This document shows, one piece after another, positions 23,887 to 32,000 of a stretch of 32,000 nt of DNA (the first letter of the stretch is position 1; every line of letters begins with the position of its first letter). The position numbers and the translations under genes are program-made. The notes below the pieces were generated by a model. The model did not search any database. It saw only the letters and a program-made list of their open reading frames with translations, and was not told the origin of the DNA. The DNA is from Xylanibacter ruminicola 23 (GTDB taxonomy: Bacteria; Bacteroidota; Bacteroidia; Bacteroidales; Bacteroidaceae), in contig NC_014033.1 of NCBI RefSeq assembly GCF_000025925.1, forward strand, positions 2,790,001 through 2,822,000, read 5' to 3'.

Positions 23887-25125
23887 ATGAACAAGAAAAT
23901 AGGCAACATCTTTAAAGGAGACAAGGTCATCTGGATGGTATTTTTCTTCCTCTGTATGATCAGTATTGTCGAGGTATTCTCTGCCTCGAGTAACCTGACG
24001 TATAAGAGCCAGAACTATATGGGTCCTATCGTGTTCCACACCGTCACCATCATATTGGGTGCAGTGGTAGCGGTAGTTACCCTTAACATCCCGTGCCGTT
24101 ACTTCAAGCTGATGACGCCTTTCTTACTCATCATCACCGTAGTACTGCTACTATGGGTACTGGCTGCTGGAGAACGAACCGGCGATGCCAGCCGATGGAT
24201 TAATATCTTCGGCTTAACGTTCCAGCCGTCCGAGATTGCCAAAGGCACCATTGTGCTGGCCACAGCCCAGATTCTGAGTGCCATGCAACGCGAGAACGGA
24301 GCCGATAAAAAGGCCTTCAAGTACATCCTGTGCATCGTGACTCCCATCGCCTTCCTGATTATGGTCGAGAACCTATCGACGGCAGCCCTGCTGTGCTCGG
24401 TAGTATATCTCATGATGATCATCGGCCGTGTACCCGCCCTGCAACTGATAAAACTGGCAGGTGTAGTGATTGGTTTGGCTTTGGTAGGCTTACTGCTCAT
24501 TATGGCCGTAGGTAACGATACCAATGTGGCCGTAGATAAAGCCCAGACCGAACAAGTGGTTACTGCCCCCAAGGAGAAGAGTAAAATCGAGAAGCTGCTG
24601 CACCGTGCCGATACCTGGAAATCACGTATCAAGAAATTCTCGAACAAAGAAGAGATTACTCCCGACCAGTACGACCTCGACAAGGATGCACAGGTGGCAC
24701 ACGCTAACATTGCCATCGTATCGAGTAACATCATCGGTAAAGGTCCTGGTCAGTCGGTAGAGCGCGACTTTCTGTCGCAGGCCTTCTCCGACTTTATCTT
24801 CGCTATTGTCATCGAGGAGTTAGGTATTGTAGGCACCACAGCAGTAGTATTCCTTTACATTGTGCTGCTATACCGCACCGCCCGTATTGCCAGTCGCTGC
24901 GAGAACAATTTCCCCGCCTTCCTGGCCATGGGTCTGGCCTTGCTGTTAGTCATCCAGGCCTCGTTCAATATGCTGGTAGCCGTAGGTATCGCCCCCGTTA
25001 CCGGACAGCCGCTCCCACTCATCAGTAAAGGTGGTACATCTACCATCATTAACTGTGCCTACATCGGTGTTATATTAAGTGTTAGCCGTTCTGCGAAAAA
25101 AAGGGAGTTAAAAATAGCAGAATAA
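23887..25125 (+). CDS. ftsW: SEDS-family peptidoglycan glycosyltransferase FtsW
   Basis: 412 aa polytopic protein with FQPSEIAK, SDFIFAIVIEELG and PLPLISKGGTS motifs. Confidence 0.9.
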   Translation: MNKKIGNIFKGDKVIWMVFFFLCMISIVEVFSASSNLTYKSQNYMGPIVFHTVTIILGAVVAVVTLNIPCRYFKLMTPFLLIITVVLLLWVLAAGERTGDASRWINIFGLTFQPSEIAKGTIVLATAQILSAMQRENGADKKAFKYILCIVTPIAFLIMVENLSTAALLCSVVYLMMIIGRVPALQLIKLAGVVIGLALVGLLLIMAVGNDTNVAVDKAQTEQVVTAPKEKSKIEKLLHRADTWKSRIKKFSNKEEITPDQYDLDKDAQVAHANIAIVSSNIIGKGPGQSVERDFLSQAFSDFIFAIVIEELGIVGTTAVVFLYIVLLYRTARIASRCENNFPAFLAMGLALLLVIQASFNMLVAVGIAPVTGQPLPLISKGGTSTIINCAYIGVILSVSRSAKKRELKIAE

Positions 25126-25130
25126 GAAAT

Positions 25131-25146
25131 TAAATTTGTAATTTTG
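25131..25146 (+). promoter_or_regulatory. Two abutting TAnnTTTG boxes (TAAATTTG, TAATTTTG) in the ftsW-murG gap: a candidate internal dcw promoter
   Basis: Exact matches at 25131-25138 and 25139-25146. The murG ATG at 25168 is 21 nt downstream. Confidence 0.4.
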
Positions 25147-25167
25147 CACGCAATAATCAAATATGAT

Positions 25168-26271
25168 ATGGAAGAACTGAGAGTCATCATTAGCGGAGGA
25201 GGCACTGGAGGACATATTTTCCCAGCCGTCTCGATAGCAAATGCCGTGAAGGCACTGCGCCCCGACGCCAAAATTCTGTTTGTTGGCGCCCTTGGACGAA
25301 TGGAGATGCAACGCGTGCCAGCTGCAGGTTACGAAATCAAAGGTTTGCCTATCTGCGGTTTCGACAGAAAGAATTTACTCAAGAACTTTAAGGTTCTGTA
25401 CAAGATATGGAAGAGCCAGCGTATGGCCAAGCAGATTATCAAGGATTTTAAGCCTCAGGTAGCTGTAGGTGTTGGCGGTTATGCCAGCGGTCCTACCCTT
25501 AACAAGGCAGCCGCCATGGGTATCCCCTGCTTGATTCAGGAGCAGAACTCATACGCAGGTGTTACCAACAAACTGTTGGCAAAGAAAGCCGCCAAGATTT
25601 GTGTGGCTTACGAGGGAATGGAGCGATTCTTCCCTGCCGACAAGATTATCCTTACAGGAAATCCCGTACGTCAGGCTCTGCTCGACACAAAGATTTCGCG
25701 CGAGGATGCCATCAAGACCTTTGGTCTCGATCCTGCTAAGAAAACCATTCTGCTGGTAGGTGGTAGCCTTGGCGCCCGCACCGTCAACGAGAGCGTGCTG
25801 CAGCACCTCGACCTGGTAAAGGCTGCCGATGCCCAGTTTATCTGGCAAACCGGTAAGTACTACAGCGCCGAGATTGCTAAGCGTTTGAAGGGACAGAATA
25901 TCCCCAACCTGGTGGTAACCGACTTTATCACTGATATGGGCGCTGCCTACAAGGCCGCCGACCTGGTTATCAGTCGTGCCGGCGCCAGCAGTATCTCTGA
26001 GTTCTGTCTTATTGGCAAGCCCGTTATCCTGGTACCAAGTCCTAATGTGGCAGAGGATCACCAGACCAAGAACGCTCTGGCTCTGGCCAACCGCGATGCC
26101 GCCATCTACGTGAAGGATGCCGATGCACCAGCCACCCTGTTGGAGCTGGCCATCAAGACGGTTGCCGATGCCCAGAAGCTGCAGTCGCTGAGCGAGAATG
26201 TTCTGAAGCTCGCCCTGCCCGACTCTGCCGACATCATTGCCAAGGAGGTTATCAAGTTGGCAGGAAAGTAA
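25168..26271 (+). CDS. murG: UDP-N-acetylglucosamine--N-acetylmuramyl-(pentapeptide) pyrophosphoryl-undecaprenol GlcNAc transferase
   Basis: The ATG at 25168 begins MEELRVIISGGGTGGHIFPA (the MurG G-loop). It also has ...GGSLGA... and ...RAGASSISE... Confidence 0.95.
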   Translation: MEELRVIISGGGTGGHIFPAVSIANAVKALRPDAKILFVGALGRMEMQRVPAAGYEIKGLPICGFDRKNLLKNFKVLYKIWKSQRMAKQIIKDFKPQVAVGVGGYASGPTLNKAAAMGIPCLIQEQNSYAGVTNKLLAKKAAKICVAYEGMERFFPADKIILTGNPVRQALLDTKISREDAIKTFGLDPAKKTILLVGGSLGARTVNESVLQHLDLVKAADAQFIWQTGKYYSAEIAKRLKGQNIPNLVVTDFITDMGAAYKAADLVISRAGASSISEFCLIGKPVILVPSPNVAEDHQTKNALALANRDAAIYVKDADAPATLLELAIKTVADAQKLQSLSENVLKLALPDSADIIAKEVIKLAGK

Positions 26272-26302
26272 GAAATGAAAAGCGAAGAGTGAAAAAGAGA
26301 TT

Positions 26303-27676
26303 ATGGAATTAAACGATATAAAAGCAGTATATTTTGTAGGCGCCGGTGGCATTGGAATGAGTGCCATCGCCCGTTACTTTATTAAGAAAGGCCTGGTGGT
26401 AGCTGGTTACGACAAGACCCCATCCGACCTGACCAAGCACCTCGAGAACGAGGGTATGCTTATCCATTACCATGAAAGTGTCGACGAGATTCCTCACGTG
26501 TGCAAGAAGAAAGAGTCGTGCCTGGTTATCTATACCCCAGCCATCCCTGCCGATCATCAGGAGCTCAAGTACTTCCGCGAGAACGGTTTCGAGATTCAGA
26601 AGCGTGCTCAGGTACTGGGCACCCTTACCAAGAGTCACAAAGGTCTCTGCGTAGCAGGTACCCATGGCAAGACCACCACTTCTACCATGTGTGCACACAT
26701 CATGCACCAGAGTCAGCTCGACTGTAATGCCTTCTTGGGTGGTATCTCCAAGAACTACGGCACCAACTATATCCTGTCGGATTCCGACTACGTGGTTATC
26801 GAGGCCGATGAGTTCGACCGCTCTTTCCACTGGCTGCGCCCTTGGATGAGCGTTATCACCTCTACCGATCCCGACCATCTGGACATCTATGGTACCAAAG
26901 AGGCCTACCTTGAGAGTTTCCGTCATTACACCGAGCTCATCCAGCCAGGCGGTGCCCTGATTATCCATCGCGATCTGGAGATGAAGCAGAACGTACAGGA
27001 AGGTGTTCGTATCTACGACTATAGTCTGAACGAGGGCGACTTCCACGCTGAGAATATCCGCATTGATAACGGCGAGATTACATTCGATTTCATTTCGCCC
27101 ATCGAGAGCGTTAAGAACGTACAGTTAGGTCAGCCCGTGCCCATCAACATCGAGAACGGCATTGCCGCTATGGCTATGGCACAGCTGAATGGTTGCACAG
27201 CCGACGAACTGAAGTACGGCATGCAGACCTATGGTGGTGTGGATCGTCGTTTCGACTTCAAGATCAAGACCGATAAGTTGGTGTTCCTGAGCGATTACGC
27301 CCATCATCCAAAAGAAATCTATCAGAGTGCCAAGAGTATCCGCGAGCTGTATAAGAACAAGCATATCACAGCTATTTTCCAGCCCCACCTATACACCCGC
27401 ACCCGCGATTTCTACAAGGATTTCGCCGATGCTCTGAGTCAGCTCGACGAGGTGATACTCACTGAGATATACCCCGCCCGCGAATTACCTATCGAAGGCG
27501 TTACCTCGCAGCTCATCTACGACAACCTGAAGCCAGGTGTGCAGAAGAAGATGATACAGAAGGCCGATGTACTCGACTACATCAAGGACCACGATTTCGA
27601 GGTACTCATCGTGCTGGGCGCTGGCGACCTGGATAACCAGGTTCCCCAGATGGTCAAGGTTTTAAATAGTAAATAG
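26303..27676 (+). CDS. murC: UDP-N-acetylmuramate--L-alanine ligase
   Basis: 457 aa with YFVGAGGIGMSAIA, the P-loop VAGTHGKTTT and DYAHHP. Confidence 0.95.
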   Translation: MELNDIKAVYFVGAGGIGMSAIARYFIKKGLVVAGYDKTPSDLTKHLENEGMLIHYHESVDEIPHVCKKKESCLVIYTPAIPADHQELKYFRENGFEIQKRAQVLGTLTKSHKGLCVAGTHGKTTTSTMCAHIMHQSQLDCNAFLGGISKNYGTNYILSDSDYVVIEADEFDRSFHWLRPWMSVITSTDPDHLDIYGTKEAYLESFRHYTELIQPGGALIIHRDLEMKQNVQEGVRIYDYSLNEGDFHAENIRIDNGEITFDFISPIESVKNVQLGQPVPINIENGIAAMAMAQLNGCTADELKYGMQTYGGVDRRFDFKIKTDKLVFLSDYAHHPKEIYQSAKSIRELYKNKHITAIFQPHLYTRTRDFYKDFADALSQLDEVILTEIYPARELPIEGVTSQLIYDNLKPGVQKKMIQKADVLDYIKDHDFEVLIVLGAGDLDNQVPQMVKVLNSK

Positions 27677-27694
27677 TATAATTGTAAAATACAA

Positions 27695-28450
27695 ATGACT
27701 TTCAACTGGAAACATATCCTCTTGGTAGCCTGCAACGCAGCCGTTGGCATCTACTTGATACTGGCCGTCACCGCTTTCAACAGCCCCGACGAAGCCATGG
27801 CCAAAGCCTGCACCGAGGTTAACATCGACATCGAACAGGAGTCGATGGAGGGTTTCCTGAATCCAGACGAAGTCAAGAAGCTGCTCACACAGCATCAGTT
27901 ATACCCGCTCTCGCAGCCCATGAACACCATCTCGCCACGCAAGATGGAGGAGACCCTGCTTAAGAGTCCGTTTGTTGAGAAGGCAGAGTGCTATAAAACA
28001 CTGAACGGACATGTGTGCATCAGCATCAAACAGCGCATACCTGTTATCCGCATCATGGCCGAGAATGGCGAGAACTACTATCTCGACCATCATGGCAACA
28101 TCATGCCCGAGGCAGGTTATGCCACCGATATTCTGGTAGCCACAGGCCGCATCAGCAAGAAGTACGCCCAGAAAGCCCTGTCGAAGGTGGCCAACCAGAT
28201 TGTAGGCGATAGTTTCTGGCGCAACCAGGCTGTACAGCTCAACATCCTGCCCAACGGCACCATCGAGATGGTACCCCGTGTAGGCGAGCATGTAGTATAT
28301 CTGGGATCGCCCACAAATATCGACAGCAAGCTCGAACGTCTGCGTAAGTTCTACATCTACGGTCTTAACAAGGCCGGTTGGAACAAATACAACTATATCA
28401 ATGTAGAGTTCAGCAACCAAATTATATGTAAAAAAGTGAATAGTGATTAA
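27695..28450 (+). CDS. ftsQ: Cell division protein FtsQ (bitopic, POTRA-containing)
   Basis: 251 aa with an N-terminal TM segment (ILLVACNAAVGIYLILAV). Its position between murC and ftsA is the canonical one. Confidence 0.8.
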   Translation: MTFNWKHILLVACNAAVGIYLILAVTAFNSPDEAMAKACTEVNIDIEQESMEGFLNPDEVKKLLTQHQLYPLSQPMNTISPRKMEETLLKSPFVEKAECYKTLNGHVCISIKQRIPVIRIMAENGENYYLDHHGNIMPEAGYATDILVATGRISKKYAQKALSKVANQIVGDSFWRNQAVQLNILPNGTIEMVPRVGEHVVYLGSPTNIDSKLERLRKFYIYGLNKAGWNKYNYINVEFSNQIICKKVNSD

Positions 28451-28454
28451 TAAT

Positions 28455-29909
28455 ATGGCAGCAAAGGATTTTATTGTAGCAATTGAACTCGGTTCATCCA
28501 AAGTAACCGGAATCGCGGGACAGAAGAATCTCGACGGCAGCATCAACGTACTGGCTGTTGTCAAGGAGAACTCTTCGTCGTTTATCCGCAAAGGTGTGGT
28601 TTATAACATCGACAAGACCGCACAATGCCTTACCAGTATTATCAAGAAACTGGAGAATCAGCTCAAGACTCAGATCACACAGGTGTATGTCGGCGTTGGC
28701 GGTCAGTCAATCCGCAGCGTCAAGAACGTAGTAACCAAGGATCTTCCAGGCGAAACCATCATCACACAGGATATGGTAATCGAACTGATGGATGCTAACC
28801 GTAACATGACCTACCAAGACCAGGAAATTCTCGATGCTGCCGTACAGGAATACAAGGTGGGCACCCAGTTCCAGCTGGACCCCGTAGGCATCCAGGCCAC
28901 CCATCTCGAAGGTCACTTCCTGAACATTCTGGAGCGCAAGGCCTTCTACCGCAATCTGAACAAGTGCTTCGAGACAGCCGGCATCAACGTAGCCGAGATG
29001 TACCTCGCACCTTTGGCACTGGCCGATAGCGTGCTTACCGAGGTTGAGAAACGCTCTGGCTGCGCCCTTGTCGACCTCGGATCGGATACCACTACCGTAT
29101 CTGTTTATTCAAAGAATATCCTGCGCCATCTGGCTGTCATCCCTCTGGGCAGCAATAATATCACCAAGGATATCGCCACACTCCAGATGGAAGAGAGCGA
29201 TGCCGAGAAGATGAAACTGAAGTACGGTTCGGCCTATACCGACAATAACGAGATCGACAACGAGCTCAAGTACTCTATCGATCCCGACCGTCAGGTTGAG
29301 AGCCGTAAGTTCATCGAGATTGTAGAGGGTCGCTTAGAGGAGATTATCGAAAACGTATGGTACCAGATACCATCTGAATATTACGACAAACTGTTAGGCG
29401 GTATCATCCTGACAGGTGGTGGTTCGAACATGAAGAACATCGAGAAAGCCTTCTTCAACCACACTCACGTAGACAAAATCCGCATCGCCAAGTTTGTATC
29501 GCAGACTGTGCAGACCAACAACGAGGACATCAAGGCCCACAACGGCACGATGAACACCGTATTAGGTCTGCTGGCCAAGGGCGACATCAACTGCGCTGGC
29601 GATGCTTTCGATCCTAACGGCGACCTGTTTGCCAGTCTGAGACCTCAGACACCACATCTCACTAACGACCAGCGCCCAGCCCGTCAGACTACCGATCTGC
29701 CAGCAGGTGTTATCCGTACCGAGGCCGAGAAGCAGAAGGCCGAAGAGGAGCGCCGCCGCCAGCAGGAGGAGGAAGAGCGCGCACGCCTTGAAGAGGAGCG
29801 CCGCCAGCAAGAGGAAGAGGCCCGCATCCGCAAGGAGAACAGCACCTGGAACAAGTTCAAGAAAGGACTCCTGAACTTTGGAAAGAAGATTGTTGAAGAA
29901 GAAGATTAA
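28455..29909 (+). CDS. ftsA: Cell division protein FtsA with an E/R-rich helical linker and a C-terminal amphipathic helix
   Basis: The ATG at 28455 begins MAAKDFIVAIELGSSKVTGIAG (actin-fold phosphate-1). It has ...VDLGSDTTTVSV... and ...ILTGGGSNMKNI... The tail is EAEKQKAEEERRRQQEEEERARLEEERRQQEEEARIRKEN followed by WNKFKKGLLNFGKKIV. Confidence 0.95.
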   Translation: MAAKDFIVAIELGSSKVTGIAGQKNLDGSINVLAVVKENSSSFIRKGVVYNIDKTAQCLTSIIKKLENQLKTQITQVYVGVGGQSIRSVKNVVTKDLPGETIITQDMVIELMDANRNMTYQDQEILDAAVQEYKVGTQFQLDPVGIQATHLEGHFLNILERKAFYRNLNKCFETAGINVAEMYLAPLALADSVLTEVEKRSGCALVDLGSDTTTVSVYSKNILRHLAVIPLGSNNITKDIATLQMEESDAEKMKLKYGSAYTDNNEIDNELKYSIDPDRQVESRKFIEIVEGRLEEIIENVWYQIPSEYYDKLLGGIILTGGGSNMKNIEKAFFNHTHVDKIRIAKFVSQTVQTNNEDIKAHNGTMNTVLGLLAKGDINCAGDAFDPNGDLFASLRPQTPHLTNDQRPARQTTDLPAGVIRTEAEKQKAEEERRRQQEEEERARLEEERRQQEEEARIRKENSTWNKFKKGLLNFGKKIVEEED

Positions 29910-29924
29910 AAAAGAAGAAGAATT

Positions 29925-31265
29925 ATGGAGAATAATATGAATATAGACATCCTGGACTTCGGAGCACCGGAGAAGGAGCACAGCATTATCAAAGTGATTG
30001 GTGTTGGCGGTGGTGGTGGCAATGCTGTTAACCACATGTATCGCGAAGGCATTCACGATGTTACATTCGTGCTTTGCAACACCGATAACCAGGCACTTAA
30101 CGATTCGCCCGTACCCGTACATCTCCAGTTGGGTAAGGAGGGTCTTGGTGCAGGAAACAAGCCTGAGAAGGCTCGTCAGGCTGCCGAAGAGAGTATCGAC
30201 GACATCCGCACCATGCTGAACGACGGCACCCGCATGGCATTCATCACCGCAGGTATGGGTGGTGGTACCGGTACTGGTGCAGCCCCTGTTATCGCCCGCG
30301 TTTCTAAGGAGTTAGGTATCCTTACCGTAGGTATCGTTACTATCCCCTTCCGCTTTGAGGGCGACCGCAAGATCGACCAGGCTCTCGACGGTGTCGAGGA
30401 GATGTCGAAGCATGTCGACGCCCTGCTGGTTATCAACAACGAGCGCCTGCGTGAGATTTATCCAGAGCTGTCGGTTCTCGACGCCTTTGGTAAGGCCGAC
30501 GACACACTGAGCGTTGCCGCCAAGTCAATCGCCGAGATTATCACTGTTCACGGACTCATCAACCTCGACTTCAACGATGTAAAGACCGTACTGAAGGATG
30601 GTGGTGTAGCTATCATGAGTACTGGTTATGGCGAGGGCGAAGGTCGTGTAAAGAAGGCTATCGAGGATGCCCTCAACTCACCGCTGCTTAACGATAACGA
30701 CATCTTCAACTCTAAGAAGATTCTGCTCTCTATCTCGTTTGCAGGTTCAAAGGATGGTCAGTCATCACTCATGATGGAGGAGATGAACGATGTTAACGAC
30801 TTTATGGCTAAGTTCGGCAACGACTTTGAGATTAAGTGGGGATTGGCAACCGACCTTGAGCTGGGTAAGAAGGTTAAGGTAACTATCCTGGCCACCGGTT
30901 TCGGCATCGAGAATGTAGATGGTATGAACGGCCACCTGAAGAAGCACTCTCAGGAGGATATCAACCGTATTGCTGCCGAGCAGGAGAAAGCTGCCGAGCG
31001 TCAGGACCGCCGTAACCGCTACTATGGCGGTGAGGGTGCCACCAAGCGCTACAAGCGCCGTCCTAACATCTACCTGTTCCGTCCTGAGGATCTGGATAAC
31101 GACGATGTGATCTCTGCTGTTGAACAGACACCTACATACAAGCGTACCCGCGAGATTCTGGATAGCATCAACTCGCAGGCCAGCAACGTAGATGAGATTG
31201 TGAACATCGACGAGCCCAACCAGGAGCCACAGGAACCTATTCAGGGCACTATTAAGTTTATGTAA
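29925..31265 (+). CDS. ftsZ: Cell division GTPase FtsZ
   Basis: 446 aa with VIGVGGGGGNAVNHM and the tubulin signature GMGGGTGTGAAPV, plus NTDNQAL. An alternative start is the ATG at 29937. Confidence 0.97.
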   Translation: MENNMNIDILDFGAPEKEHSIIKVIGVGGGGGNAVNHMYREGIHDVTFVLCNTDNQALNDSPVPVHLQLGKEGLGAGNKPEKARQAAEESIDDIRTMLNDGTRMAFITAGMGGGTGTGAAPVIARVSKELGILTVGIVTIPFRFEGDRKIDQALDGVEEMSKHVDALLVINNERLREIYPELSVLDAFGKADDTLSVAAKSIAEIITVHGLINLDFNDVKTVLKDGGVAIMSTGYGEGEGRVKKAIEDALNSPLLNDNDIFNSKKILLSISFAGSKDGQSSLMMEEMNDVNDFMAKFGNDFEIKWGLATDLELGKKVKVTILATGFGIENVDGMNGHLKKHSQEDINRIAAEQEKAAERQDRRNRYYGGEGATKRYKRRPNIYLFRPEDLDNDDVISAVEQTPTYKRTREILDSINSQASNVDEIVNIDEPNQEPQEPIQGTIKFM

Positions 31266-31275
31266 ATCAGCTGCC

Positions 31276-31998
31276 TTACTGATATAAGGCTTGCAATACC
31301 TCTATCGACTTCATCTCTGGGAAATCCGGCAGATGGAGTCGATAATATTTTAGTGATACCTCCAGCAAGCGGTTGCGCTCCTGGTGTGACATGCGGAACA
31401 GATGCATGGTGGGAAAGTCCATACGCATCATCAGCTGTACTTTCTGTGCCTCTTCGGGATGCAGAAAGTCGCGATGCACAGGCGGCATTGGCATAAACAC
31501 ACTCTCGCGCAAGTCAAAATAATCGCCATCCTTGTAATCGTCAAGATTCGGATAGAAGCCTAAAAAGCGTGTCAGCCTCAACAAAAACACCAAGTGGAAG
31601 TTAGCAAAACTCGACTGCTGACCGTCCAGCCATACAATACTATTCTCCAGATACTCGTACAGCAACTCGTTACGCTGTTCCGATCGCAACGCATAATACA
31701 GGAATTCGGCTACGAATAGCGAGATGGCCAACTTGTCGGGCTCGAACGGTATCGATGCAAAGGGGGCAGCCAACCGTACATCATGCAGTTTCTGCAGCTG
31801 CTGTCTTGGACGTATATCGGTTTCTATTTCCAAAATAGTCAATGGCTGGAAAAACTGCTTCTTTACCTTACCCCTGGGTGTTTTGGGTATGCTCACAATA
31901 AACGCCTGCCTACCAAACACTTTGGTAAACATATCTACTATCAGTCGGGTTTCGCCGTATTTGATAGCATGCAGCACAATAGCCTGAGTTTTCGTCAA
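31276..31998 (-). CDS. recO: DNA repair protein RecO (the 5' end may lie just beyond the right edge)
   Basis: 240 aa from a TTG at 31998. The N-terminus TKTQAIVLHAIKYGETRLIVDMFTKVFGRQAFIV matches the RecO OB-fold pattern. It is convergent with ftsZ, with a 10-nt gap. Confidence 0.85.
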   Translation of the reverse strand: MTKTQAIVLHAIKYGETRLIVDMFTKVFGRQAFIVSIPKTPRGKVKKQFFQPLTILEIETDIRPRQQLQKLHDVRLAAPFASIPFEPDKLAISLFVAEFLYYALRSEQRNELLYEYLENSIVWLDGQQSSFANFHLVFLLRLTRFLGFYPNLDDYKDGDYFDLRESVFMPMPPVHRDFLHPEEAQKVQLMMRMDFPTMHLFRMSHQERNRLLEVSLKYYRLHLPDFPEMKSIEVLQALYQ

Positions 31999-32000
31999 CA

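Noticed and set aside
25549-26367. 272-aa minus-strand ORF, the longest unexplained ORF in the track
   Set aside because: It lies entirely antisense to murG and the murC start. Its L/G/Q-rich composition is typical of the complementary frame of a well-conserved gene, and it has no promoter box or plausible start context.
26309-27046. 245-aa minus-strand ORF antisense to murC
   Set aside because: It is a shadow ORF of a conserved Mur ligase. It has no recognisable motifs.
27899-28591. 230-aa minus-strand ORF antisense to ftsQ and the ftsA start
   Set aside because: It is a shadow ORF spanning two real genes on the opposite strand.
31131-31138. CCTACATA inside ftsZ, matching the octamer core of the foldback element
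   Set aside because: It is a single isolated 8-mer inside a conserved codon run (T-P-T-Y). One occurrence is expected by chance and it is not part of any repeat structure.
1-32000. Search for a defence island, prophage, IS element, integrative element, toxin-antitoxin pair, tRNA/rRNA or CRISPR-Cas
   Set aside because: No ORF shows nuclease, helicase, ATPase, integrase, transposase, phage-structural or toxin-antitoxin-like patterns. I noticed no tRNA-like or rRNA-like sequence. Apart from 3000-13700, the window is conserved core genome.

Overview
This is a chromosomal segment that looks Bacteroidales (Prevotella/Bacteroides-like). That origin is inferred from TAnnTTTG -7 promoter boxes, GH97/GH2 glycosidases, a TonB-receptor/DUF4249 pairing, acidic residues after lipoprotein cysteines and a murF-less dcw gene order. 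Layout: (i) 1-2998, a minus-strand GH97->GH2 glycoside hydrolase operon; the GH2 gene runs off the left edge and is missing from the ORF track. (ii) ~3000-5400, a visibly AT-richer islet with three small secreted lipoproteins and a 526-bp non-coding foldback element (3616-4141) between two convergent lipocalin-like genes. (iii) 5419-12893, five co-directional plus-strand genes: a TonB-dependent receptor with an atypical N-terminal extension, a DUF4249-type lipoprotein, a secreted MG2-like/Plug-like protein with no barrel, a sensor histidine kinase and an OmpR-type response regulator. (iv) 12908-15635, minus strand: a polytopic membrane protein and the N-acyl-amino-acid (glycine lipid) synthesis pair glsB/glsA. 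(v) 15840-31265, a complete dcw cluster: mraZ-rsmH-ftsL-ftsI-murE-mraY-murD-ftsW-murG-murC-ftsQ-ftsA-ftsZ, with MraZ-box repeats in its promoter. (vi) recO, convergent at the right edge. I saw no integrase, transposase, CRISPR array, tRNA/rRNA or recognisable defence genes. About half of the window (the dcw cluster) is ordinary core genome. The most unusual items are the repeat-dense foldback element at 3616-4141 and the uncharacterised outer-membrane module plus two-component system at 5.4-12.9 kb. Neither is proven to be a new system from sequence alone.
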